A stretch of DNA of 64,000 nucleotides from an archaeon (lineage in GTDB: Archaea > Nanobdellota > Nanobdellia > Pacearchaeales > GW2011-AR1): positions 13,875 to 77,874 of the forward strand of contig JAZDPV010000012.1 in assembly GCA_043797265.1 (NCBI GenBank). The letters are read 5' to 3'. The position numbers and the translations under genes are program-made. Numbering within the stretch: the stretch's first letter is position 1; each line of letters opens with the position of its first letter. Below the pieces are notes generated by a model that made no database searches, had not been told where the DNA came from, and worked only from the letters and a program-made list of their open reading frames with translations. This document shows, one piece after another, positions 25,457 to 34,226 of this stretch.

Positions 25457-27079
25457 TCATAAATTACTCTCTAAACAAGCCCGAATAAATCCATCAAACA
25501 TCGGCGACGGTTTCATCGGATAACTTTTGAACTCAGGATGCGCCTGTGTCGCTACAAAAAACTTATGATTTGGTAATTCAATAAATTCCACAAGCCTCCC
25601 GTTCGGACTTCTACCAGAAATAACCAAACCCCTCTCTTCCAAAATTCTGTGATAATCCGGATTAACCTCATAACGATGTCGATGTCTCTCGCTAATTTGA
25701 CCAACTCCATAAATTTTCTCAATCAAAGAACCCTCTTTCAAAACAGCCAGATAACTACCAAGTCTCATTGTCCCGCCCTTCATATCAACACCAATCTGTT
25801 CTGGCAAAATATCAATAATTTTATGTTTAATATTTGGATTAATCTCTGTCGAACCCGCATCCAGCCCACAAACATTCCGCGCAAATTCAACAACCGCCAA
25901 TTGCATTCCATAACAAAGCCCAAGAAAAGGAATATTATTTTCCCTCGCAAATTTAATCGCCAAAATTTTCCCCTCGACGCCCGAACTGCCAAAACCTCCC
26001 GGAACAAGTATACCATCGTATACTGATAAATCAATTTCCCCAACTTCAATCTTCTTCGAATCAACCCAATGAATATTTACTTTAACATTATTCTTAGCCC
26101 CCGCATGACTAAGCGCCGCCGCAACTGATAAATAAGAATCTGTCAACTGAAAATTTCCAATATCTAAATATTTCCCAATAATCGCAACATTAACCTCAGA
26201 CAATGAATCTGATATTTTCCTGACCATTTCACTCCAAGCAACCCAATTCGGCTCCCTCCTTTTTTTCAAATTCAACTTCGCCAAAATTTTCTCGCCAAAA
26301 TTTTCTTTTTCTAAATTCAAAGGAACAACATAAATCGTATTCGCAGTTCCGGGTCCAACAACATCTGGAGTTGAAATTATATGTGTCGAAGGAATATTAG
26401 AATATTTTTCAATTTTCTTTTTTCTAACTTCATCCAACGGCAATTTCCCTCGACAAAAAATAAAATCCGGTTGAATCCCATTCTCCATTAACAACCTAAT
26501 CGCTAATTGCGTCGGCTTAGTCTTCATTTCATTAATATGACTAGGCACCGGCATATAAGTAACCATAATATGACAAACATTTTCCACACCTAACTCCAAC
26601 TCCATACTTTTCGCCGCAAACAAAAAAGGGACATTCTCATAATCCCCAATCGTCCCGCCAATCTCAATCAAAACAATATCATAACCATCCGACACCTCAA
26701 TAATTCTATTTTTAATTTCCTGTGGAACATGAGGAATAAAAGAAACTGTCTCTCCTAAAAAATCCCCACGACGCTCCTTCTCGATCAAAGACTTATAAAC
26801 TTGCCCCGTTGTAATCGCATTCCTTTTCAAAATTGGCACTTCCAAAAATCTCTCATAATTTCCCAAGTCCTGATCAATCTCGCCGCCATCTTCAGTAACC
26901 CAAACCTCTCCATGTTCCGTCGGTCGCATCGTCCCAGCATCGCAATTAATATATGGGTCAATTTTTACCGCCGTCACAGAAAAACCATACTCCTTCAAAA
27001 TTCGTCCAACCGACGCTGTCGCCACTCCTTTTCCAACCCCAGAAATCACACCCCCACTAACAAAAATATATTTCGTCAT
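25457..27079 (-). CDS. pyrG: CTP synthase
   Basis: MTKYIFVSGGVISGVGKG... and the glutamine amidotransferase motif GLCYGMQ. The start is taken at ATG 27079. Confidence 0.92.
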   Translation of the reverse strand: MTKYIFVSGGVISGVGKGVATASVGRILKEYGFSVTAVKIDPYINCDAGTMRPTEHGEVWVTEDGGEIDQDLGNYERFLEVPILKRNAITTGQVYKSLIEKERRGDFLGETVSFIPHVPQEIKNRIIEVSDGYDIVLIEIGGTIGDYENVPFLFAAKSMELELGVENVCHIMVTYMPVPSHINEMKTKPTQLAIRLLMENGIQPDFIFCRGKLPLDEVRKKKIEKYSNIPSTHIISTPDVVGPGTANTIYVVPLNLEKENFGEKILAKLNLKKRREPNWVAWSEMVRKISDSLSEVNVAIIGKYLDIGNFQLTDSYLSVAAALSHAGAKNNVKVNIHWVDSKKIEVGEIDLSVYDGILVPGGFGSSGVEGKILAIKFARENNIPFLGLCYGMQLAVVEFARNVCGLDAGSTEINPNIKHKIIDILPEQIGVDMKGGTMRLGSYLAVLKEGSLIEKIYGVGQISERHRHRYEVNPDYHRILEERGLVISGRSPNGRLVEFIELPNHKFFVATQAHPEFKSYPMKPSPMFDGFIRACLESNL

Positions 27080-27194
27080 CCGCAAACCCGCCCAATTAAA
27101 CTTATAAACATTTATATCCCAAAATACAACAATTCCAAACCACCAATCTTTTAAACCCACAAAAACTTCCAAACTCATATCCCATCTTGTAAAA

Positions 27195-27863
27195 ATGAAA
27201 ACCCAAACAATCCCAGAAGGAACCTTTTTTGCAGAATTAGAAAATTCTCAAAAATCTGCAATAAGATACGCTATAGAAAATGGAAAAATTCTCCAAACTC
27301 AAATACCAGAAATAGAAAAAAAATATCGAAATGGAAATTCACTTAGAGAAATAGTCGAAGAACACGATCTAGAAAATAAATTTGGAGTATGTAAAAAAAC
27401 AGCAGAAATAATAGTAACTTATGCACTAAAAGGATATCATGGAGAATGGAATATGTTTACAAGCCCTTCTTATAATGGATTAATGACAGAAGAAGAATAC
27501 GCCAAAATAGCAGAAGAACACCACATAAAACAAGGAAGAATACTTGGTGAAAAAATAGGACATAAATCCGGCGTACTCACTTTCAGAAAACAAACCGGAG
27601 TCCACGGAATGACCTATTTAGAAAAACATATAGGAGGACAAAAAGGAATCGTAGCACAAGGACATATTCCATGGTCAAATGATGAAATAAAAACTCTTTA
27701 CGAATTAGTTCAAGACCCCTTTTATAAAAGAAAAACTCAAATTCACGCACAAAATATAGCCAAAGAAATAAACAAAAAATTTCATAACGGAAATCCCGTA
27801 AGAGATAATACAAGCGTAACAAAAGCATTTAATAGATACAAAAACTTCCAAACTCATATCTAA
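27195..27863 (+). CDS. hypothetical protein with atypical codon usage
   Basis: An A/T/G-rich ORF without the host A/C third-position pattern. Confidence 0.45.
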   Translation: MKTQTIPEGTFFAELENSQKSAIRYAIENGKILQTQIPEIEKKYRNGNSLREIVEEHDLENKFGVCKKTAEIIVTYALKGYHGEWNMFTSPSYNGLMTEEEYAKIAEEHHIKQGRILGEKIGHKSGVLTFRKQTGVHGMTYLEKHIGGQKGIVAQGHIPWSNDEIKTLYELVQDPFYKRKTQIHAQNIAKEINKKFHNGNPVRDNTSVTKAFNRYKNFQTHI

Positions 27864-27883
27864 AATAAACAAACGATAGAACA

Positions 27884-28120
27884 ATGAATGAAACATATCA
27901 AAAAATATTAACCTGCGTAGAATTATTTGAGAGAGATAATAAAGTAACTCCCAACAGAATATATCTAACTCAGTCAACAAAAGAAGCACTCATCGAAACA
28001 GGAAAATTAAATCAGCTCGAAAAAGAAATCGAAATAATTGAAATAGCAAAATTATTAAATCTCCCAAAAAAAAATAAAAGCCCAACGAGAAGGAATGATT
28101 TACCCAATAACTCTCGTTAG
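27884..28120 (+). CDS. hypothetical protein with atypical codon usage
   Basis: It follows the previous ORF and has the same composition. Confidence 0.4.
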   Translation: MNETYQKILTCVELFERDNKVTPNRIYLTQSTKEALIETGKLNQLEKEIEIIEIAKLLNLPKKNKSPTRRNDLPNNSR

Positions 28121-28192
28121 AAAAAAAAGATTTAGAAGAAATAAAACAACAACCTACGATATTTTCTACGAATTATCAACACTCGCCCAAAC

Positions 28193-28459
28193 CTAATCCC
28201 ACTCCGCGTGCCCAAACTGAATAACCAAATCGTCGTCGCTATTCGGCAAATCACACGCCCCAAAACAACTACCAAACCAAATCCTAATATCAGCGTCACA
28301 CCTCTCGCGCAAATAATCAACAATCACAACCGCCCACGGCTTCAACCCATCCGGCAACTGCAACAAAACACTTTTCGCTCCACTTTTTTTAATCTCGCCA
28401 ACGACCCGCTCCAACTCCAAATCATATTTCTTCTCCAAATTCGCCATCGTGTAATCCAT
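28193..28459 (-). pseudogene. dph2: N-terminal fragment (88 aa) of diphthamide synthesis protein Dph2
   Basis: YDLELERVVGEIKKSGAKSVLLQLPDGLKPWAVVI...GACDL...VIQFGHA matches the Dph2 N-terminus. A stop follows GHAEWD, and no Dph2-like continuation appears in any frame. Confidence 0.6.
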
Positions 28460-28498
28460 AAAAAATTAATAACTTAATCTTTAAAAATATACCCAAAT

Positions 28499-28804
28499 TC
28501 AATCATCTCCCAAAATTTCTTCTCCATTTCCAACGCGTCTATACCTCACTTCTAAAGTAGCAGGAAACTTTGTATCCCCAATATCAGAAACATGAGAATA
28601 AACATCCCCCCAAGATGACCTAAATATTTTTGGCCTCGCGAAAATCACAACAACATCCATCCCGGTCATCCGTTTATAATAAGAATCACATGGACCAACA
28701 AGCTTCCCACCGGGCAAATAAAAAGACAAACATAATTTCTCAGGACCGCCTAAAAACCCAGCCGAACCAGTCACAACAGCATCCGCACTCCTCCCTGTCA
28801 CCAT
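28499..28804 (-). CDS. hypothetical protein
   Basis: An ORF with host - strand codon pattern. It shares a promoter region with aIF5B. Confidence 0.4.
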   Translation of the reverse strand: MVTGRSADAVVTGSAGFLGGPEKLCLSFYLPGGKLVGPCDSYYKRMTGMDVVVIFARPKIFRSSWGDVYSHVSDIGDTKFPATLEVRYRRVGNGEEILGDD

Positions 28805-28823
28805 GCCAAATACCCAACATCAA

Positions 28824-28838
28824 CCTTTAAAAATAAAT
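28824..28838. promoter_or_regulatory. shared TATA region for the divergent genes 28804(-) and 28855(+)
   Basis: CCTTTAAAAATAAAT lies about 25-30 nt from both ATGs. Confidence 0.5.
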
Positions 28839-28854
28839 CTATACTCAAACATAC

Positions 28855-30588
28855 ATGACAAACATACGCCAACCAATTGTGACAGTAGCCGGCCACGTCG
28901 ACCACGGAAAAACATCCATCCTCGACAAAATTAGGGGGACCTCTATCCAGGAAACCGAAGCCGGCGGAATCACCCAGAAAATTTCCTTCACGACTCTCCC
29001 GCAAGAAAACATCCGCGAACGCGCCGGAGCAATCCTCGAAAAATTCAAAATCCCGCTCGAAATCCCCGGCCTGCTTTTCATCGACACACCCGGCCACGCC
29101 GCATTCACAAACCTCCGAAAACGTGGCGGCTCCCTCGCTGACATCGCAATCCTCGTCATCGACATCAACGACGGAATAAAACCCCAAACCGCCGAAGTCA
29201 TCCAAATTCTAAAACTAAACAAAACCCCGTTCATGATCGCCCTAAACAAAATCGACAACATCTCCGGTTGGCAAAAATCCGAATCTCTGCTCTCCGCCGA
29301 ATCAATAGAAAAACAAGCAACAAACGTGAAACAAAACTTCGAAGAAAAACTCTACACAATTATCGGCGCCCTCCACTCTCACGGACTAAACGCAGAAATA
29401 TATTACAAAATAACAAACTTCGCGCAAAAAATCGCAATCGTCCCATGCTCCGCTAAAACAGGAGAAGGAATCCCGGAAATCCTCGCGATACTAACCGCCC
29501 TGTCCCAAAAATTCCTGAAAGAAAGAATCAAAAACAAAGAACGGGGAAAAGGCGTAATCCTCGAAGTCAAAAAAAACGAATCAGCAAATTTCCTCGAATG
29601 CATCCTCTACGACGGCAAACTAAAAAACACTGACGAAATCGCAATCGCGTCAATGGACGGCACCCCGATAATAACAAAAATCCGAAACATCCAGGAAGCC
29701 AAACCGCTAAACAAAGGATTCGAAACCAAAAAAGAAGTCGAAGCAGCGACGGGAATAAAATTGCAAATAACATCCAAAGAAGAAATCCTCCCCGGAATGC
29801 CCTTCCAAATAATAAACAACAACCTCGAAGAAATAACAAGAGAATTCAAAAAAGAAATCTCCCAGGAAATAAAAACCAGCAAAACCGGAATCATAGTCAA
29901 AGCCGACTCGCTCGGCTCTCTCGAGGCACTGCTCACACTCCTCAGACAAAAACAAATAAAAGTCATAAGAGCCGGAATCGGCCCGATAACAAAAAAAGAC
30001 ATCTACGCGGCAAACACGCTCCCGGAAGAAAACAAAATAATTTTAGGATTCAACATCAACCTAGCCAAAGACTCCCAAATACACGAAACAAAAAAAATCA
30101 AAATCCTCACAAATCCCGTCGTCTACAAGCTAATCGAAAACATAGAAGAATTCAAAAAAGAAAAAGAAAAAGAAATCGAACGAAAAAAATTGGAAGAACT
30201 CCCGACAATCTGCAAAATAACCACGCTCAATTTCGTCTTCAGAAATTCCAACCCTGCAGTATTCGGAATCCACGTATCCGGCGGCAAACTAAAAAAAAGC
30301 GAACGATTCATAAATAAAGACGACATAAAAATCGGACAAATAAAAGAAATCCAGGAAGACAAAAATAACATCCAGGAAGCGACAAAAGGAAAAGAAGTCG
30401 CAATATCAATCCCCGGACTAAACTTCGAACGTCAGCTAAAAACCAACGAACCCCTCTACACAAACCTCTCCGAAACCCAATTCCGAAAATTCAAACAACA
30501 CAAAGACCTTTTATCGTCGGAAGAAAAATCAATCCTCCAAGAAATCGCCCAAATCAAACGAAGAAAAAACCCAACTTGGGGAATCTAA
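28855..30588 (+). CDS. infB: translation initiation factor aIF5B
   Basis: The GTPase N-terminus is PIVTVAGHVDHGKTSILDKIRGT, followed by DTPGH and NKID. Confidence 0.9.
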   Translation: MTNIRQPIVTVAGHVDHGKTSILDKIRGTSIQETEAGGITQKISFTTLPQENIRERAGAILEKFKIPLEIPGLLFIDTPGHAAFTNLRKRGGSLADIAILVIDINDGIKPQTAEVIQILKLNKTPFMIALNKIDNISGWQKSESLLSAESIEKQATNVKQNFEEKLYTIIGALHSHGLNAEIYYKITNFAQKIAIVPCSAKTGEGIPEILAILTALSQKFLKERIKNKERGKGVILEVKKNESANFLECILYDGKLKNTDEIAIASMDGTPIITKIRNIQEAKPLNKGFETKKEVEAATGIKLQITSKEEILPGMPFQIINNNLEEITREFKKEISQEIKTSKTGIIVKADSLGSLEALLTLLRQKQIKVIRAGIGPITKKDIYAANTLPEENKIILGFNINLAKDSQIHETKKIKILTNPVVYKLIENIEEFKKEKEKEIERKKLEELPTICKITTLNFVFRNSNPAVFGIHVSGGKLKKSERFINKDDIKIGQIKEIQEDKNNIQEATKGKEVAISIPGLNFERQLKTNEPLYTNLSETQFRKFKQHKDLLSSEEKSILQEIAQIKRRKNPTWGI

Positions 30589-30622
30589 CAACCTTTAAAA
30601 ACCCAAATCCTCATCTCTAAAT

Positions 30623-31051
30623 ATGTTCAAAATAAATGTATCGCACAACGGCAAAACATTCAAAGTCGAGACTGAAAACGAAAACCTCCTCGGCAAATCT
30701 ATCGGCGACAAAATCGACGGCAAAGAAATCTCAGAAAACCTAAAAGATTACGAAATCGAAATCACCGGAACATCAGACAAGGCAGGATTCGCAGGAGCAA
30801 AAACCATCAACGGCCCAAACCTAAAAAAAGTTCTTCTCGGCTACGGCCACGGCATGCACAAAAAACCGAAAGGACTAAAAAAAATCAACAAAAAACCAAA
30901 AGGACTAAAATTAAGAAAAACGATTCGTGGAAAAGAAATCTCCCTCGACACAGTTCAAATCAATTCCAAAGTCACAAAAGAAGGCGCAAAAAAATTCGAC
31001 TCACTCTTCGAAAAACCCGAAGCTCATCAAGAAGCAACCGAAAAAAAATAA
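30623..31051 (+). CDS. rps6e: 30S ribosomal protein S6e
   Basis: MFKINVSHNGKTFKVE...ITGTSDKAGF. TATA TTTAAAAA lies 28 nt upstream. Confidence 0.9.
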   Translation: MFKINVSHNGKTFKVETENENLLGKSIGDKIDGKEISENLKDYEIEITGTSDKAGFAGAKTINGPNLKKVLLGYGHGMHKKPKGLKKINKKPKGLKLRKTIRGKEISLDTVQINSKVTKEGAKKFDSLFEKPEAHQEATEKK

Positions 31052-31190
31052 ACGAAACTTCCACGTTTCGACCAAGATAGTTTTTCTTTGTTTAGAGAAA
31101 TTTCTTTTTTAGATCAGCAGATCACCTACTGGGCTAAAAAGAAAGAACTCGCAGAGCAACCCTTAAAAACTCATTCTACCTGATTAACCT

Positions 31191-31835
31191 ATGGCGGTGA
31201 TAGCAGACATAACAAATTTCCTAAACGACATGACAACCGTCTTCTCGAGCCGGACAAATCTTCTCTTCATCCTCGCCTTTTTCACGACGGTAATCGTCAT
31301 CTACTCCGTCTTCGTTTTCAACTTCTACCGCTTCCTCGCCAAAAAAAACATCATCGAACTAAATCTCAACCAATACAACCAATACTCAAACCCCGCCGCC
31401 GTCAAATTTTTCGCAGTCATCTTCTTCACAATCGAATACCTAATCCTCCTCCCAATTCTCACATTTTTCTGGTTCACAATCCTCTCAATCCTAACTCTAA
31501 TCCTGGCCAAAGAACTCGAAATAAACACCGTCCTCCTAATCTCCGCCGCGCTCGTCGCATCAGTCCGAGCAACAGCATACGTCAATGAAGACCTCGCAAA
31601 AGACCTCGCAAAAATGCTTCCATTCACTCTCCTCGCAATCGCGATAACAACCGCCGGCTTCTTCAACATCGGCAACCTTGTCTCGCGAATATCAGAAATC
31701 CCGTCCCTGTTCTCGAACATCCCATACTATCTCCTCTTTATCGTGGCCGTAGAACTCATCATGCGAACGGGCGAATTCGTAGAAAACGCCGTGGAATCCT
31801 CAAAATCAACCGAAGAAGAAAACGAAACTGAATAA
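31191..31835 (+). CDS. hypothetical multi-pass membrane protein
   Basis: It has five to six hydrophobic helices and a TATA 25-30 nt upstream. Confidence 0.55.
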   Translation: MAVIADITNFLNDMTTVFSSRTNLLFILAFFTTVIVIYSVFVFNFYRFLAKKNIIELNLNQYNQYSNPAAVKFFAVIFFTIEYLILLPILTFFWFTILSILTLILAKELEINTVLLISAALVASVRATAYVNEDLAKDLAKMLPFTLLAIAITTAGFFNIGNLVSRISEIPSLFSNIPYYLLFIVAVELIMRTGEFVENAVESSKSTEEENETE

Positions 31836-31865
31836 ACTTTTAAACCCCCTCCTCTACAATTCTCA

Positions 31866-33074
31866 ATGGAAGACATCTCAAAAATAGACACAATAAACGT
31901 CGGCATAGTCGGCCACATCGACCACGGCAAAACAACACTCCTCCAAAAACTCTCGGGCAAATGGGCCGACACCCACTCCGAAGAACTCAAACGCGGAATC
32001 ACAATCAAGCTCGGATACGCCGACGCAATAATCAAAAAAGACGACGGCAAACTAACGACAAACAAAAACTCAAAAGGAAAACCAATCCGATACATAACAT
32101 TCGTCGACGCTCCCGGACACGAAATGCTAATGGCGACAATGCTCTCCGGCGCAGCAATCATGGACGCAGCAATCCTCGTCATCGCAGCGAACGAAGGAAT
32201 CAAGCCCCAAACACAAGAACACCTCATCGCGCTCAAAGCAAAAAAAATCAAAAACATAATCATCGCCCAAAACAAAATCGACCTCATCTCAAAAAAAGAA
32301 GCCCTCGAAAATTACAAGACAATCAAGGAATTCACAAAAGGAACGATCGCAGAAAACGCACCAATAATCCCAATCTCCGCAATACAAGAAATCAATCTCG
32401 ACAAAATCCTCGACGAACTATGCAAAATAAAAATCGAAAAACCAAACACAAATGAAAAACCAATCTTCCTCATCGCTCGAAGCTTCGACATAAACCGACC
32501 CGGAACAAAAATAGAAAACCTTCACGGCGGAATCCTCGGCGGCGCGCTGAAACAAGGAACCCTAAAAATCGGCGACACCCTCGAAATCAAACCCGGTTAC
32601 TCCTACAAAATCCACAACCAATTCCAATACAAAACCATCCAATCAAAAATAATCTCAATGCAAAAAGGCGAACACCAAATAACAAAAGCAACTCCCGGCG
32701 GAAGCCTCGCAATCGAAACCGAACTCGACCCAGCCCTGACAAAAGCCGACTCCATCTCCGGAAGCGTCGCGTCAACAAAAGGAACCCTCCCCGAAATCAC
32801 GGACAACATCACAATAAAATTCACGCTCTTCAAAGAAATCTTCGGTACCGGAAAACACGAACCGGTCCAGCCGCTAAAATTCAACGAAATGCTAATGCTA
32901 AGTCTCAACACCTCAACCACCGTCGGACAAATCACAAAAATAACCAACGAACAACAAACGAATATGACCCTCTCTCTCAAAATCCCAGTCGTCCCACTCA
33001 AGGGCGAATCAATCGGCATCGCGCGAAACATAAACAACCACTGGCGACTAATCGGCTTCGGCGAAATAATATAA
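31866..33074 (+). CDS. eif2g: translation initiation factor aIF2 gamma subunit
   Basis: NVGIVGHIDHGKTTLLQKLSG, DAPGH and QNKID. Confidence 0.92.
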   Translation: MEDISKIDTINVGIVGHIDHGKTTLLQKLSGKWADTHSEELKRGITIKLGYADAIIKKDDGKLTTNKNSKGKPIRYITFVDAPGHEMLMATMLSGAAIMDAAILVIAANEGIKPQTQEHLIALKAKKIKNIIIAQNKIDLISKKEALENYKTIKEFTKGTIAENAPIIPISAIQEINLDKILDELCKIKIEKPNTNEKPIFLIARSFDINRPGTKIENLHGGILGGALKQGTLKIGDTLEIKPGYSYKIHNQFQYKTIQSKIISMQKGEHQITKATPGGSLAIETELDPALTKADSISGSVASTKGTLPEITDNITIKFTLFKEIFGTGKHEPVQPLKFNEMLMLSLNTSTTVGQITKITNEQQTNMTLSLKIPVVPLKGESIGIARNINNHWRLIGFGEII

Positions 33075-33130
33075 ACAATCACCCCGCTCCTTCCAAATAA
33101 ATTTATTAAGCCAAAAGTTTTATATATCTT

Positions 33131-33361
33131 ATGCAACTATCGAATTCAGAACATTGGTCCAAAAAACGAAAATACAGAAAAGATATAACTAACGATATAA
33201 TCGAATATGCTATAAACAACTCAAACGAACTCAAAGATAAATTTTGGGAAGATGCTCTAAACGCAATTTGCAGGATTCCACCCTCGGGAAGAATCTTAAA
33301 AGTTGTATACAAGAAAGAAAAATCAAACAATAAAATAATAACCGCCTTTTGGCTTGATTAA
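33131..33361 (+). CDS. DUF4258-like putative toxin
   Basis: The size, the C-terminal ...RILKVVYKKEKSNNKIITAFWLD pattern and the pairing with a DUF2283 gene support the call. Confidence 0.55.
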   Translation: MQLSNSEHWSKKRKYRKDITNDIIEYAINNSNELKDKFWEDALNAICRIPPSGRILKVVYKKEKSNNKIITAFWLD

Positions 33362-33362
33362 A

Positions 33363-33557
33363 ATGGAAGAATGGTATGATAAAGAAGAAGACATCATGAA
33401 CATCGAACTAACCAGCGGAGACTATTGGAAAAGTATAGAACTCCCAAATGGAATAGTAATAGATATAGACAAAAACGGAAAAATCAAAAGCATAGAAATT
33501 CTCAAAGCCAGTAAAATATTCTCCGGAGACGTCAAAAAAGTAATAGGACTGGCTTAA
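33363..33557 (+). CDS. DUF2283-family putative antitoxin
   Basis: YDKEEDIMNIEL...GIVIDIDKNGKIKSIEILKAS matches the family signature. Confidence 0.7.
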   Translation: MEEWYDKEEDIMNIELTSGDYWKSIELPNGIVIDIDKNGKIKSIEILKASKIFSGDVKKVIGLA

Positions 33558-33635
33558 ATTTCAATCGGCTTCGGCGAAATTATTTAATACAAGCTCAAAA
33601 ACAAATTATATAAACTCAATTCTCTTACCTTATTT

Positions 33636-34226
33636 ATGCAAAAAGAGAAAATCCACAAACCTGAATACAAATATCTCGGCAAAGAATCCCTGAGCGAAAT
33701 CATCGGCAAAATATTCCCAAAAAAACTAATCCCAACAACAAGAATGAGCGCCATCTTCGGGGGAATATTCGTCCTCGCACTCATCCTCGCCATATTTAAC
33801 TTCCCGCTAAGTTCCTTAATCGCCGGCGACACAAATATAACAATCGGCATCGGATACCCCTACCCCTTCCTCGACCTCGGCCCGACGAGCATAGACAAAT
33901 CCCCGCTAAAACCCTTCGGCCTCGCAGTCGACATGATTCTCTACCTAATCATCGCCTACGCCATCGACGTGCTCCTGAACTTCCTGATACAAAACCCATT
34001 CAATAAAAAAGAATCCGAAAAATACCCCGAAACTTTCAAGGACCAAGCCCCAAGAAGCATCTCCGAAACAATCACAAAACAAATATTTAAAGAACCATTA
34101 GAAAATACAAAATCACAAACCGCAAAAAAACCCGTCGAGAAATCACCCGCAAAAACAATCAAAACTACAAACCCTCGAGAACGTAATCAGCCGAGTTCCC
34201 CGCCAAGTCCCTCACGACAATTTTAA
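33636..34226 (+). CDS. hypothetical membrane protein
   Basis: It has three hydrophobic helices. The 3' end probably over-extends into the convergent gene because + strand stops are rare. Confidence 0.5.
   Translation: MQKEKIHKPEYKYLGKESLSEIIGKIFPKKLIPTTRMSAIFGGIFVLALILAIFNFPLSSLIAGDTNITIGIGYPYPFLDLGPTSIDKSPLKPFGLAVDMILYLIIAYAIDVLLNFLIQNPFNKKESEKYPETFKDQAPRSISETITKQIFKEPLENTKSQTAKKPVEKSPAKTIKTTNPRERNQPSSPPSPSRQF

Larger units (their letters stand above)
33075..33587 (+). mobile_element. toxin-antitoxin cassette bounded by a duplicated copy of the aIF2-gamma 3' end
   Basis: A 25-nt direct repeat: aatcggcttcggcgaaataatataa (33050-33074) and aatcggcttcggcgaaattatttaa (33563-33587), with 2 mismatches. 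Confidence 0.5.
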
